From: a bacterium
GTDB taxonomy: Bacteria; Cyanobacteriota; Vampirovibrionia; Gastranaerophilales; JBAXKC01
Assembly (NCBI GenBank): GCA_037137535.1
Contig: JBAXKC010000020.1
Location: 1-50,948 of the forward strand
Length of the DNA stretch: 50,948 bases
Direction: 5' to 3'
Both the position numbers and the translations under genes were made by a program. Within the stretch, counting starts at the first letter, position 1, and each line of letters begins with the position of its first letter. A model generated the notes under the pieces. That model ran no database searches, was not told the origin of the DNA, and worked only from the letters and a program-made list of their open reading frames with translations. Below, one piece after another: positions 19,901-29,170 of the stretch.

Positions 19901-22900
19901 AAACTAGCTAATACTGTATCGGTTCCACCACCGGCTGTTGAGGATTCGGTAATTGTTAGGTTAACATTATCATAGATATATGTATCATTACCTAGACCAC
20001 CGATTAAGGTATCAGTTCCGCCGCCGCCAGCTAATGTGTTAGCTGCATCGTTACCTGTAACAACGTTATTTAAGATGTTACCAGTACCGTTAATTGCAGA
20101 TGTTCCTATTAAAGTTAGGTTTTCTACGTTTGCAGCTAAGGTATAGCTTAAACTTGCTTTTACAAGGTCAGTTCCTTCGTTGCTTGATTCAAGGATTGTA
20201 ACTTTTACATCATCATAGAAGTAAGTATCATTACCTAAACCACCAACTAATTTATCAGAACCGCCACCGCCTGATAAGGTGTTAGCTGCATCATTACCTG
20301 TAATGGTGTTAGCTAGGGCATTACCAACAGCGGTTAGAGTAGAGGTACCAGTTAAGGTTAAGTTTTCAACGTTAGCTGCTAATGTGTAATCTAAACTAGC
20401 TAATACAGTATCAATACCACCATTTGATGATTCGGTTATGGTTAGGTTTACATTGTCATAGATATATGTGTCATTTCCACCTAAACCGATTAATACGTCT
20501 GTACCGCCACCACCAGATAAGGTGTTAGCTCCAGTATTACCGGTAATTGTGTTATTTAATGAGTTACCTGTACCGTTAATAGCAGATGAACCTGTTAATG
20601 TTAAGTTTTCTACGTTAGCATCAAGAGTGTAGCTTAAACTTGCTAATACAAGATCGGTTCCGCTGCCCGCAGTTGATGTTTCAGTAATTGTAAGGTTAAC
20701 GTTATCATAGATATATGTATCATTACCTAGACCACCGATTAAGGTATCAGTTCCGCCGCCGCCAGCTAATGTGTTAGCTGCATCGTTACCTGTAACAACG
20801 TTATTTAAGATGTTACCAGTACCGTTAATTGCAGATGTTCCTATTAAAGTTAGGTTTTCTACGTTTGCAGCTAAGGTATAGCTTAAACTTGCTTTTACAA
20901 GGTCAGTTCCTTCGTTGCTTGATTCAAGGATTGTAACTTTTACATCATCATAGAAGTAAGTATCATTACCTAAACCACCAACTAATTTATCAGAACCGCC
21001 ACCGCCTGATAAGGTGTTAGCTGCATCATTACCTGTAATGGTGTTAGCTAGGGCATTACCAACAGCGGTTAGAGTAGAGGTACCAGTTAAGGTTAAGTTT
21101 TCAACGTTAGCTGCTAATGTGTAATCTAAACTAGCTAATACAGTATCAATACCACCATTTGATGATTCGGTTATGGTTAGGTTTACATTGTCATAGATAT
21201 ATGTGTCATTTCCACCTAAACCGATTAATACGTCAGTTCCACCGCCACCAGACAAGGTGTTAGCTCCAGTATTACCGGTAATAGTGTTATTTAAAATGTT
21301 ACCTGTGCCGTTAATTGCACTTGTACCACTTAAGGTTAGGTTTTCTACGTTTGCGTCAAGTGTGTAACTTAAACTTGCAAGTACAAGATCGGTTCCACCA
21401 CCAGCTGTTGAGGATTCGGTAATTGTAAGGTTAGCGTTATCGTAGATATATGTATCGTTACCTAGACCACCGATTAATGTATCGGTTCCGCCACCGCCAG
21501 CTAAGGTGTTAGCTGCATCGTTACCAGTAATAACATTATTTAAGATGTTACCGGTTCCATTAATAGCTGATGTTCCTGTTAGGTTTAGGTTTTCAACGTT
21601 TGCAGCTAATGTATAGCTTAAGCTCGCATTAACTACGTCAGTACCTTGACCGCTAGACTCAATAATAATAACTTTAGCATTATCATAGATGTAGGTATCA
21701 TTGCCCAATCCACCGATTAAGCTATCAGAACCACCGCCACCAGATAAGGTGTTATCTTGTGCGTTACCTGTAATTATATTATTTAATGCATTACCTGCAC
21801 CAGTAAGAGCAGTTGTACCGGTTAAGGTTAAGTTTTCAACGTTTGCAGCTAATGTGTAATCTATGCTTGCTAATACTGTATCGTTTCCGCTACCAGCAGT
21901 TGAGGTTTCAGTTATGGTTATGTTAGCAGAATCATAGATATATGTATCATCACCTAATCCACCGATTAAGGTATCAGTTCCACCGCCACCTGATAAGGTA
22001 TTAGCTTTAATATTACCTGTAATGATATTGTTTAATGAGTTACCTGTTCCGTTAATAGCAGATGAACCTGTTAAGGTTAAGTTTTCTACGTTTGCGTCAA
22101 CTGTATAGCTTAAACTTGCTAATACAGTGTCAGTTCCACCGCCTGCGGTTTCTGTAATGGTTAAACCTGCGCTGTCATATATATATGTGTCATTTCCGCT
22201 TAAACCAATTAAAGTATCGGTTCCGCCACCACCGGCTAATGTGTTATCACCATCATTACCTGTGATTAAGTTGTTAGCTTTGTTACCAGTACCGCTAATG
22301 TTAGCAGAGCCTGATAATGTTAGATTTTCCACATTGTCAACTAATGAGTAAGTCAGACTAGCTAATACTAGATCAGTACCACCACCAGCTGTTTCAACGA
22401 TTTTTACGCCTGTATTGTCATAGATATAGGTATCATCACCTAAACCACCGGCTAAAGTATCAGTTCCGCCGCCACCTGACAATGTATTCCCTAGATCATT
22501 ACCTTTGATAAGGTTATTTAAAGCATTACCTGCGCCAGTAATAGCCGTTGTACCAGTTAAAGTTAAGTTTTCAACGTTAGCCGCTAATGTATAATCTAAG
22601 CTTGCTAATACTGTGTCTGTTCCACTGCCTTTGGTGGATGTTTCAACAATTGTTATATCAGCGCTGTCATAAATATATGTATCGTCGCCGAGTCCACCAA
22701 TTAATGTATCAGAACCACCACCACCGGCTAATGAGTTATTACCGTCATTACCTGTAATAACGTTATCTAATGCGTTACCGATTGCTGAAATGTTAGTTTT
22801 ACCTGTTAATGTCACGTTTTCTACGTTTGCATCAAGACTATAATTAACGCTTGCTAATACAGTATCAGTTCCACCATCGGAGGATTCTGTAATTACTATT

Positions 22901-25107
22901 CCTGCTTTATCGTAGATATATGTGTCATTGCCTAGTCCACCAGCTAATGTATCAGAACCACCGCCACCTGCTAATGTGTTATTGCCATCATTACCAGTGA
23001 TTACGTTATTTAATTCGTTTCCTGTTCCATTAATATTTGATGTACCTGTTAAAGTCAGATTTTCTATATTTGATTTAGCTACCAATGTATAACTTGCACT
23101 AGCTAAAACGGTATCTGTACCTGAATCTTTAGCTTCGGTAAAGGTCAACTTTGATCCATCGTAGATATAAGTATCATTACCTAATCCACCAACTAATGTA
23201 TCAGTACCGCCACCACCGGATAAGGTGTTGTCCAGGTCGTTTCCTTTTACAATGTTATTGCCTGCGTTACCTGCGCCTGTTAGTGCAGTTGTACCTGTTA
23301 AGGTTAAGTTTTCAACGTTATCAGCTAAGGTATAATCTACACTTGCCAATACAATATCAGTACCACTATTTTTAGAGTTAGTTTCAACAATTGTTATGTC
23401 ATTACTATCAACGATATAGGTATCATCACCTAATCCACCGATTAAGGTATCAGTTCCGCCACCGCCTGATAGTGAGTTCTTGCCTGCATTACCTGTAATA
23501 ATATTGTTTAATTCATTACCAGTTCCTGCTAAAGCAGTAGTGCCTGTTTTTAAAACAAGGTTTTCAACATTGGCATCAAGGGTATAATTCAAACTGGCTA
23601 TTACAGTATCAGTTCCTGACTCTTCAGATTCAGTAATAGTAATAGTCTTAGCATCATAGATATAGGTATCGTCGCCAGCACCACCAATTAAGACATCAGT
23701 ACCGCCGCCACCCATTAAAGTGTTAGCTGAACTATTACCAATGATTGTATTGTCTAACTTGTTACCTGTACCATTTATAGCACCAACTGTTTCAGGTGTT
23801 TCAGCATTTGATGGAATAAAATCAAGCAATACCATGTTCTCGAGGTTATCGCCTAATGTATAGTTTATAGTTGCATATACAGTATCAGATCCTGCATTTT
23901 TAGCTTCTACTATTTTAACGCTTGTACTGTCATAAATGTATGAATCATCACCAAGTTCACCTTTTAAGGTATCAGTTCCACCGCCACCTGCTAATGTGTT
24001 ATTACCATCATTACCTGTAATAGTGTTATTACTAGCGTTACCTATTCCCGCAAGATTTGATGTTCCTGTTAAGGTAAGATTTTCAAGATTAGTGCCTAAA
24101 CTATAATCAATTGAAGCTAATACCGTATCAGTACCAGCTTTTTCGGATTCTGTAATTGTAATAGTTGTAGCATCATATACATAAGTATCATCTCCTGCGC
24201 CACCGATTAATGTATCGGTTCCGCCACCGCCTGCTAATGTATTTTTACCATCATTACCGGTAATTATGTTATTTAATTCATTACCCGTTCCTGCGATATT
24301 AAGTTTGCCTGATTTTAATGTCAGATTATCTAAGTTTGCACCCAGTGTATAGCTAAGACTGGAAATAACAGTATCAACACCTGCGTCGGCATCTTCTGTT
24401 ATTGTTATATTCTTATTATCATAAATATAAGTGTCATCACCTGCACCACCTATCAAGGTGTCAGTTCCGCCACCACCAGATAAGGTGTTACCAAGTTCAC
24501 TACCTGTAATAATGTTATTTGAAGCATTACCTGCGCCGACTAATGCATCAGCACCTGATAAAACTAGATTTTCTACGTTTGCAGCTAAAGTATAGCTTAA
24601 ACTTGCATTTACTGTATCATTACCGCCATCTTTTCCTTCTACGATTTTAATACCTGCATTATCATAAACATAAACATCATCGCCTGCACCACCGATAAGT
24701 GTATCGGTACCGCCGCCGCCTGATAATGTGTTATTACCTGCATTGCCAGTAATAATGTTATTTAAAGCATTGCCTGCTCCAATAAGGTTGTCAGAACCGG
24801 TTAAGGTTAAGTTTTCCAAGTTATCACCAAGGGTATAACTTAAGCTAGCTTTTACAGTATCTATTCCACCTGCTTCAGATTCAGTAATTGTTACATCAGT
24901 ACTATCGTAAATGTAAGTATCATTACCAGCACCACCAATTAAGACGTCGACACCACCGCCACCGCTTAATATGTTGTTTCCTTTGTTGCCATTAATAGTG
25001 TTGTCCGTGGCATTACCGGTACCGTTAATATTTCCACTACCGGATAAAGTTAAACTACCTTCACCTTCAGCGAGTGTGTAAGATGCGGCTTTCGTTACAT
25101 CTGCCAT
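16912..25107 (-). CDS. Giant RTX / haemolysin-type Ca2+-binding repeat protein (likely T1SS-secreted surface protein or adhesin), ~2731 aa
   Basis: About 30 units of ~81-83 aa (ITGNxxxNTLxGGGGTDTLIGGLGNDTYIYD...DTVLASLDYTLAANVENLTLTGT), GGxGxD nonapeptides, no N-terminal signal peptide, unique C-terminal tail. Start moved to ATG 25107 because GGAGG lies just upstream of it. Confidence 0.93.
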   Translation of the reverse strand: MADVTKAASYTLAEGEGSLTLSGSGNINGTGNATDNTINGNKGNNILSGGGGVDVLIGGAGNDTYIYDSTDVTITESEAGGIDTVKASLSYTLGDNLENLTLTGSDNLIGAGNALNNIITGNAGNNTLSGGGGTDTLIGGAGDDVYVYDNAGIKIVEGKDGGNDTVNASLSYTLAANVENLVLSGADALVGAGNASNNIITGSELGNTLSGGGGTDTLIGGAGDDTYIYDNKNITITEDADAGVDTVISSLSYTLGANLDNLTLKSGKLNIAGTGNELNNIITGNDGKNTLAGGGGTDTLIGGAGDDTYVYDATTITITESEKAGTDTVLASIDYSLGTNLENLTLTGTSNLAGIGNASNNTITGNDGNNTLAGGGGTDTLKGELGDDSYIYDSTSVKIVEAKNAGSDTVYATINYTLGDNLENMVLLDFIPSNAETPETVGAINGTGNKLDNTIIGNSSANTLMGGGGTDVLIGGAGDDTYIYDAKTITITESEESGTDTVIASLNYTLDANVENLVLKTGTTALAGTGNELNNIITGNAGKNSLSGGGGTDTLIGGLGDDTYIVDSNDITIVETNSKNSGTDIVLASVDYTLADNVENLTLTGTTALTGAGNAGNNIVKGNDLDNTLSGGGGTDTLVGGLGNDTYIYDGSKLTFTEAKDSGTDTVLASASYTLVAKSNIENLTLTGTSNINGTGNELNNVITGNDGNNTLAGGGGSDTLAGGLGNDTYIYDKAGIVITESSDGGTDTVLASVNYSLDANVENVTLTGKTNISAIGNALDNVITGNDGNNSLAGGGGSDTLIGGLGDDTYIYDSADITIVETSTKGSGTDTVLASLDYTLAANVENLTLTGTTAITGAGNALNNLIKGNDLGNTLSGGGGTDTLAGGLGDDTYIYDNTGVKIVETAGGGTDLVLASLTYSLVDNVENLTLSGSANISGTGNKANNLITGNDGDNTLAGGGGTDTLIGLSGNDTYIYDSAGLTITETAGGGTDTVLASLSYTVDANVENLTLTGSSAINGTGNSLNNIITGNIKANTLSGGGGTDTLIGGLGDDTYIYDSANITITETSTAGSGNDTVLASIDYTLAANVENLTLTGTTALTGAGNALNNIITGNAQDNTLSGGGGSDSLIGGLGNDTYIYDNAKVIIIESSGQGTDVVNASLSYTLAANVENLNLTGTSAINGTGNILNNVITGNDAANTLAGGGGTDTLIGGLGNDTYIYDNANLTITESSTAGGGTDLVLASLSYTLDANVENLTLSGTSAINGTGNILNNTITGNTGANTLSGGGGTDVLIGLGGNDTYIYDNVNLTITESSNGGIDTVLASLDYTLAANVENLTLTGTSTLTAVGNALANTITGNDAANTLSGGGGSDKLVGGLGNDTYFYDDVKVTILESSNEGTDLVKASLSYTLAANVENLTLIGTSAINGTGNILNNVVTGNDAANTLAGGGGTDTLIGGLGNDTYIYDNVNLTITETSTAGSGTDLVLASLSYTLDANVENLTLTGSSAINGTGNSLNNTITGNTGANTLSGGGGTDVLIGLGGNDTYIYDNVNLTITESSNGGIDTVLASLDYTLAANVENLTLTGTSTLTAVGNALANTITGNDAANTLSGGGGSDKLVGGLGNDTYFYDDVKVTILESSNEGTDLVKASLSYTLAANVENLTLIGTSAINGTGNILNNVVTGNDAANTLAGGGGTDTLIGGLGNDTYIYDNVNLTITESSTAGGGTDTVLASLDYTLAANVENLTLTGTTAISATGNALNNIITGNSGANTLSGGGGTDTLMGGLGNDTYIYDNSNLTITESSNGGTDTVLASLDYTLAANVENLTLTGTTALTAVGNALANVITGNGQANTLSGGGGSDTLVGGLGNDTYVYDDARIVILESTGEGTDVVNASLSYTLAANVENLVLTGTNSINGTGNILNNVITGNDGANTLAGGGGTDTLIGGLGNDTYIYDNVNLTITESSTAGGGTDTVLASLDYTLAANVENLTLTGTTAISATGNALNNVITGNSGANTLTGGGGTDTLIGGLGNDTYIYDSVNITITETANQISSGGVDTVMASLDYTLGTYLENLTLTGTTALVGAGNVLNNIITGNGQANTLSGGGGTDTLVGGLGNDTYIYDASTITIVESSGEGTDVVNASISYTLAANVENLVLTGTNSISGTGNILNNVVTGNDGANTLAGGGGTDTLIGGLGDDTYIYDNANLTITETSTAGSGTDLVLASLDYTLAANVENLTLTGTTALVGVGNSLNNVITGNALDNTLTAGGGTDTLIGGLGNDTYIYDSADITITESTNAGTDVVNASLSYTLAANVENLVLTGTTGLVGAGNALNNIITGNSGANTLSGGGGTDTLIGGLGNDTYIYDSANITITESASGGTDTVSSTLSYTLGTNLENLTLTGTSAINGTGNSLDNIITGNSGANTLTGGGGSDTLIGGLGNDTYIYDASTITITESAGEGTDTVLASLDYTLAANVDNLTLSGTALVGKGNAIDNIITGNALDNTLSGGGGTDTLIGGLGNDTYFYDSADITIIESTNGGTDTVSASITYSLDANIENLILSGTSAINGTGNELGNNITGNSGANVLEGGAGNDTLDGGGGNDTYSFSIGDGVDVIAAGSGTDKIAFDSAVDKDNIAFFKSGSDLILSYGTGNAEKITITGGSSSIAGGIDVGALHLGKTDIDAVITAMNSYAPTTGHTIPTSVDDVKANTELMTLIHTTTSGKWA
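19967..21234. repeat. Recent 735-bp-period duplication inside the RTX gene
   Basis: 19967-20499 appears identical to 20702-21234 (offset 735 = 3 repeat units); 19081-19236 also matches 19816-19971. Confidence 0.88.
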
Positions 25108-25597
25108 AAAACCCTCCATGAGTTGCTATTACATATCCTTATATTCCAGTTGACAAGCCTCTATTGTTTTTTCTCTAAACTACAAAACGAAATCAAATGT
25201 TTAAATGAATTCAACTACACAAAATATTACCGTTACAAAAATACTGATTATTCTCCTAAAATAATCAAGTAAATAAGTAATTATTAGTCTAATCCTGAGT
25301 TCCATTCAAGACTATAAACATATATTTTAACATTAACTTTCGTTTCACAATATAAACAAAACAAGCTTCGATATATTAACACATACTTGATTTCATATCA
25401 AGTGTAATATTAACATATCTGAATCACCTTTTTAAATTTTAAACTATTTTTCAAAACAGTCAATGGTGTTTTTACATATTTCATACTAAATTATGACCAT
25501 TTCTTGAATAAGTACAACTTTTGTTGTAGCTATAATACTTATACAGCATTATTTTTGAATGTAAATAAACCGTAATACTTTTGACAAGATTGAAGCT

Positions 25598-27982
25598 CTA
25601 ATAGGAAGTATCTGAAATAGGTATAGAAATAATGAAAGTAGTACCAACATTCATTTCAGTTTCAAACCATATCTTCCCATGGTGTGCTTCAATTATCTGT
25701 TTAGTCAAATACAACTGTATTCCGGCACCAATTTTTCTAGAAAGAGCTTGAACCATAGAATATCTCATAAAAATACTGTCCCTAATTTCTTCAGGGATAC
25801 CGCTACCTTGATCAGTAATTGAAATATTTATAGAATTAAAACGTCTAAAACATTTTATAGTTACGGAAGTTTCTTTTTTTGTATGATTAATAGCATTTTC
25901 TATTACACAAGTTAAAGCAATTAAAAACTCCTTAATATCAATAGAAACCTCAGGTAATTTTTCTTGAGAATCAAATAATATAGAAATTGATTTTAATCTT
26001 GCATAATCACTCAAGGCGGAAATCACTTGATTGATTAATACTATAATGCTTACTTTTTCAAAAATTAAATCTTTTTTTCCTGACTCATACCGATATATTT
26101 CAGTTAATTCCTTTAACATTTTTGTAAGATTATAATTATTTTCAATTACTTCTTCAATAAAAGTTTTAAATTTACCGATTGGTTCATCAGGATTACGGGA
26201 TACTATATATTCTAAAGCTTTTATCTCTCCGACTAAAGGAACGTGAAAGTCATGAGCTAATGTTAAAATGAAAGTATTTCTTAACTCATCAAGCTCAACT
26301 ACTCTTCTAATTTCCCAAATTATATTCACCATTAATTCACAAATTGATTTATATAAATCAATTTGATATTCTGTCCAATTGTTTGACTTAGAAGAACAAA
26401 TTGAGATCATTCCTAAAACTCTAATATTGCTATTATAACGAACAAGTAAACTTGTCATTGAAGACTTGATTTTGTATCTTTCAAAAAAATCCTGTATATT
26501 TTTGTCAGATACTTTGTAATTTTCTGTATTATTGATTATTACCATTTTTGAGAAAAGCGGATTATTCAATAACTCAAAAAAATCTTCTACTCTTGCATCA
26601 GGATATTCTTTCCCTAACAGTGGTTCCATATTGTTATTCATTAAATATTCATATTTAATTGTGGGCTTATATATGTCTAATACTGGTAATTCAATAAATA
26701 ATACTCTATCAACTTCAAAAATATTCGCTAACTTGTTAATTAAAGTTTTATAGGCTTCTTCAAGATTTTTTATTAGTTTTAATTCATAAACAATTTCTTT
26801 TAATATTTTTTCTTTATCTCTCAACTTAGTAATTTTATTTTCTCTTTCAATTAATGCCTCAATATAATTCCAATTTAGCTGAGACATTTCATTAAATTTT
26901 GCTGTTAACCTGCCAATTTCATCATTAGACTTAACTTCAATTACATTAATCTCTTTTCCAGGAACATAGCTTTCTATTCCTTTAATTAAATCAAAAATTG
27001 GTTCTGTAAATTTATCGGCAATTAAGTTTTGTATAATACCGCCAACTAAAATAAACTCTAAAAAGATATATTCTGCATAAATTGGAAAAGTAATATTTAA
27101 TAAAGCGGAAGAAAGAGATACAAAACCAATATATAAAACAGAAAGAAATGAAAATAATGAAGCTAGGATTTTTTGTTTTATATTTAGACTATTTTGACAG
27201 AAAGAAAGGTCTTTCATTCCTATAAATAAAAGGATAAATCCTATTAATTTTAGGGTATGAGCTATAATACCGTACATTTGAATTAAATGCGGATTTATAT
27301 AAAATAATTGCCCAATACCAAGTATAAATATTCCCAAAGGAAAGAAAGAAAAATAATTATTTTTTTTATTTAATGTCATATCAAAATAAATAAAAGCAGT
27401 AATAAAGTAGATCGACTCATTTAAAGTTTGCAACGGCTCAATAAATAATAAAACTCTATAGCTTGCGAATTCAGGCAATATAGTCATTATTACTTCATGA
27501 AATAAAACAAATAGCAGAATTATAGAACCATACGCTAAATAAACATTAGACTTAAATTGTTTTAAATTTTCATTTGACGAAGAAACATAGAATATTGATA
27601 AAAATAGTGATGTTGAGATAATTAATTTTTCTAGTATTAAATATGTTAATTCTGAATTTTTTTGTAGATTTTGTAAGGTTAAAATATCATAAGGAAAATT
27701 ATTTGCAGAAAATAGATGTATTATGTTCAAGCAAGCTACATAGAAAAATGCTACTGAAATAAGTAAATGTCGCTTATCTTTATTTATTGAAAATAATTGC
27801 TCCCCTCTAACAAATATAGATATATATATTATAGTCACCAACAATTCTAAAAATCTGTGCTCAAATAGCTTAAAATGAATGCCTGACAGTAATAAAACAT
27901 AATCAGAATTACTGAATAATGCAAAACAAAACACAAATATAATCAATAAAATATATAGCCCTATTAATCTATATTTAGCCAT
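25598..27982 (-). CDS. Membrane sensor histidine kinase (MASE3-like - HAMP - GAF - HisKA - HATPase)
   Basis: Multi-TM N-terminus (LNIIHLFS, AHTLKLIG), HAMP SNDEIGRLTAKFNEM, GAF, H-box LAHDFHVPL, ENAINH, DQGSGIP, atypical G2 box GAGIQL. Confidence 0.88.
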   Translation of the reverse strand: MAKYRLIGLYILLIIFVFCFALFSNSDYVLLLSGIHFKLFEHRFLELLVTIIYISIFVRGEQLFSINKDKRHLLISVAFFYVACLNIIHLFSANNFPYDILTLQNLQKNSELTYLILEKLIISTSLFLSIFYVSSSNENLKQFKSNVYLAYGSIILLFVLFHEVIMTILPEFASYRVLLFIEPLQTLNESIYFITAFIYFDMTLNKKNNYFSFFPLGIFILGIGQLFYINPHLIQMYGIIAHTLKLIGFILLFIGMKDLSFCQNSLNIKQKILASLFSFLSVLYIGFVSLSSALLNITFPIYAEYIFLEFILVGGIIQNLIADKFTEPIFDLIKGIESYVPGKEINVIEVKSNDEIGRLTAKFNEMSQLNWNYIEALIERENKITKLRDKEKILKEIVYELKLIKNLEEAYKTLINKLANIFEVDRVLFIELPVLDIYKPTIKYEYLMNNNMEPLLGKEYPDARVEDFFELLNNPLFSKMVIINNTENYKVSDKNIQDFFERYKIKSSMTSLLVRYNSNIRVLGMISICSSKSNNWTEYQIDLYKSICELMVNIIWEIRRVVELDELRNTFILTLAHDFHVPLVGEIKALEYIVSRNPDEPIGKFKTFIEEVIENNYNLTKMLKELTEIYRYESGKKDLIFEKVSIIVLINQVISALSDYARLKSISILFDSQEKLPEVSIDIKEFLIALTCVIENAINHTKKETSVTIKCFRRFNSINISITDQGSGIPEEIRDSIFMRYSMVQALSRKIGAGIQLYLTKQIIEAHHGKIWFETEMNVGTTFIISIPISDTSY

Positions 27983-28119
27983 TTTAACCTAACTTCACGT
28001 TATCAGTTAAATGTATATTTACATTTTTTTATCGAAGAAACATCGTGCTATAAGCTATTAGACAGACTATATTATAAAATTTATTTTTTTTGTTTGCATA
28101 GAATTTTAAAGAATAAAGA

Positions 28120-28148
28120 TTGATAAGCATTTCGGTATGCCGTATAAT
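28120..28148 (+). promoter_or_regulatory. Sigma-70 promoter of the Cys-rich gene pair
   Basis: TTGATA-N17-TATAAT, 34 nt upstream of ATG 28183. Confidence 0.7.
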
Positions 28149-28182
28149 GTATGGATAATAAAAACAGATCGGGTATTACAAG

Positions 28183-28596
28183 ATGCAAATTATAAGAAAA
28201 AATAAAATATATATTTTTCTGATTATGTTTGTATTTATGCTTGGTCTTTATCTATTTGTGCAAAATAGTTATTGTCATTCATCTCAAATATTACAACCCA
28301 ATATGGATTGTTGTTCAAATACTTCAACTAATATGGTCTCTAACTTACAAAGTTTAAACTCAATAAATATTAACTGCAAACATTGTAATCATTGCATTAA
28401 AAAAGAAAATACCGTTTATGCTGAAGATAGAGAATCTAAAATACTAATTCCTGTAATAAGTATTTTGACCTCAACAGGTATCAAAGAAACTGTTCTTAAC
28501 TTTGAATTATTAGCTAAAGAAACTAATTTAATTACTTATAATAATTTAATTAATAAAAAATTAGCACTATTAAGAACGGTAATTATGCTGAATTAA
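28183..28596 (+). CDS. Small exported or membrane Cys/His-motif protein (YCH, CC, CxHCxHC; hydrophobic C-terminus LRTVIMLN)
   Basis: N-terminal hydrophobic helix, clustered potential metal ligands, own promoter. Confidence 0.7.
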   Translation: MQIIRKNKIYIFLIMFVFMLGLYLFVQNSYCHSSQILQPNMDCCSNTSTNMVSNLQSLNSININCKHCNHCIKKENTVYAEDRESKILIPVISILTSTGIKETVLNFELLAKETNLITYNNLINKKLALLRTVIMLN

Positions 28597-28659
28597 AATG
28601 AATAATAAATCCAAGATGATCGTTTTTTTAAGTTTTAATTATTAATAGGAGATTACCAA

Positions 28660-29055
28660 ATGAAAAAGATTTTAGTATTATTTATATTTTTATTCGTAGC
28701 AATATTTTCTCAAACATCAGTTTTCGCTCAAACAACCGATAAAGTGAATTGTTGCTCCAAAGCTAAAACAGAAATGGGAGCTTTCAAATTTCAACAACCT
28801 CAAGAAGAGAACTGCCAAAAAGCTTGCGATAAAGCTACTGTAAAAGTTGCTGATGATAAAGTAATGTCAACTCACGCATGCTGTAATAAAACTGATTGTA
28901 AAGATTGCACAAAATGTGATAAAACTACCTGCTGCAATAATTCTAAATGTTGTGACAAATCAAAATGCTGCGATAAAGTTAAAACACCTGAATCAGTAAA
29001 ACCTTGTCCGATGGAAAATAATACTGTAAAAACAGATTGTTGTGATAAGAAATAA
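28660..29055 (+). CDS. Secreted cysteine-rich, metallothionein-like protein
   Basis: AGGAG RBS, Sec signal (..VFA/Q), 18 Cys including six CC pairs in ~108 mature residues, Lys/Asp-rich. Confidence 0.8.
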   Translation: MKKILVLFIFLFVAIFSQTSVFAQTTDKVNCCSKAKTEMGAFKFQQPQEENCQKACDKATVKVADDKVMSTHACCNKTDCKDCTKCDKTTCCNNSKCCDKSKCCDKVKTPESVKPCPMENNTVKTDCCDKK

Positions 29056-29073
29056 TTTAATCAAAACAAAAAT

Positions 29074-29155
29074 AAATGCCTCACTAAAATAGTGGGGCAT
29101 TTTGCTGTTAATCTTCAAAATAATAGGCTATTCCTAACATTTAGGAATAGCCTAT
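29074..29155. terminator. Two hairpins between convergent genes
   Basis: AAATGCCTCACTA-aaa-TAGTGGGGCATTT and ATAGGCTATTCCTAA-cat-TTAGGAATAGCCTAT. Confidence 0.8.
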
Positions 29156-29170
29156 CAACTTTTTTATAAA

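Noticed and set aside
19081-21234. DGR template/variable repeat pair
   Set aside because: Copies are identical rather than adenine-mutated, and no reverse transcriptase is present.
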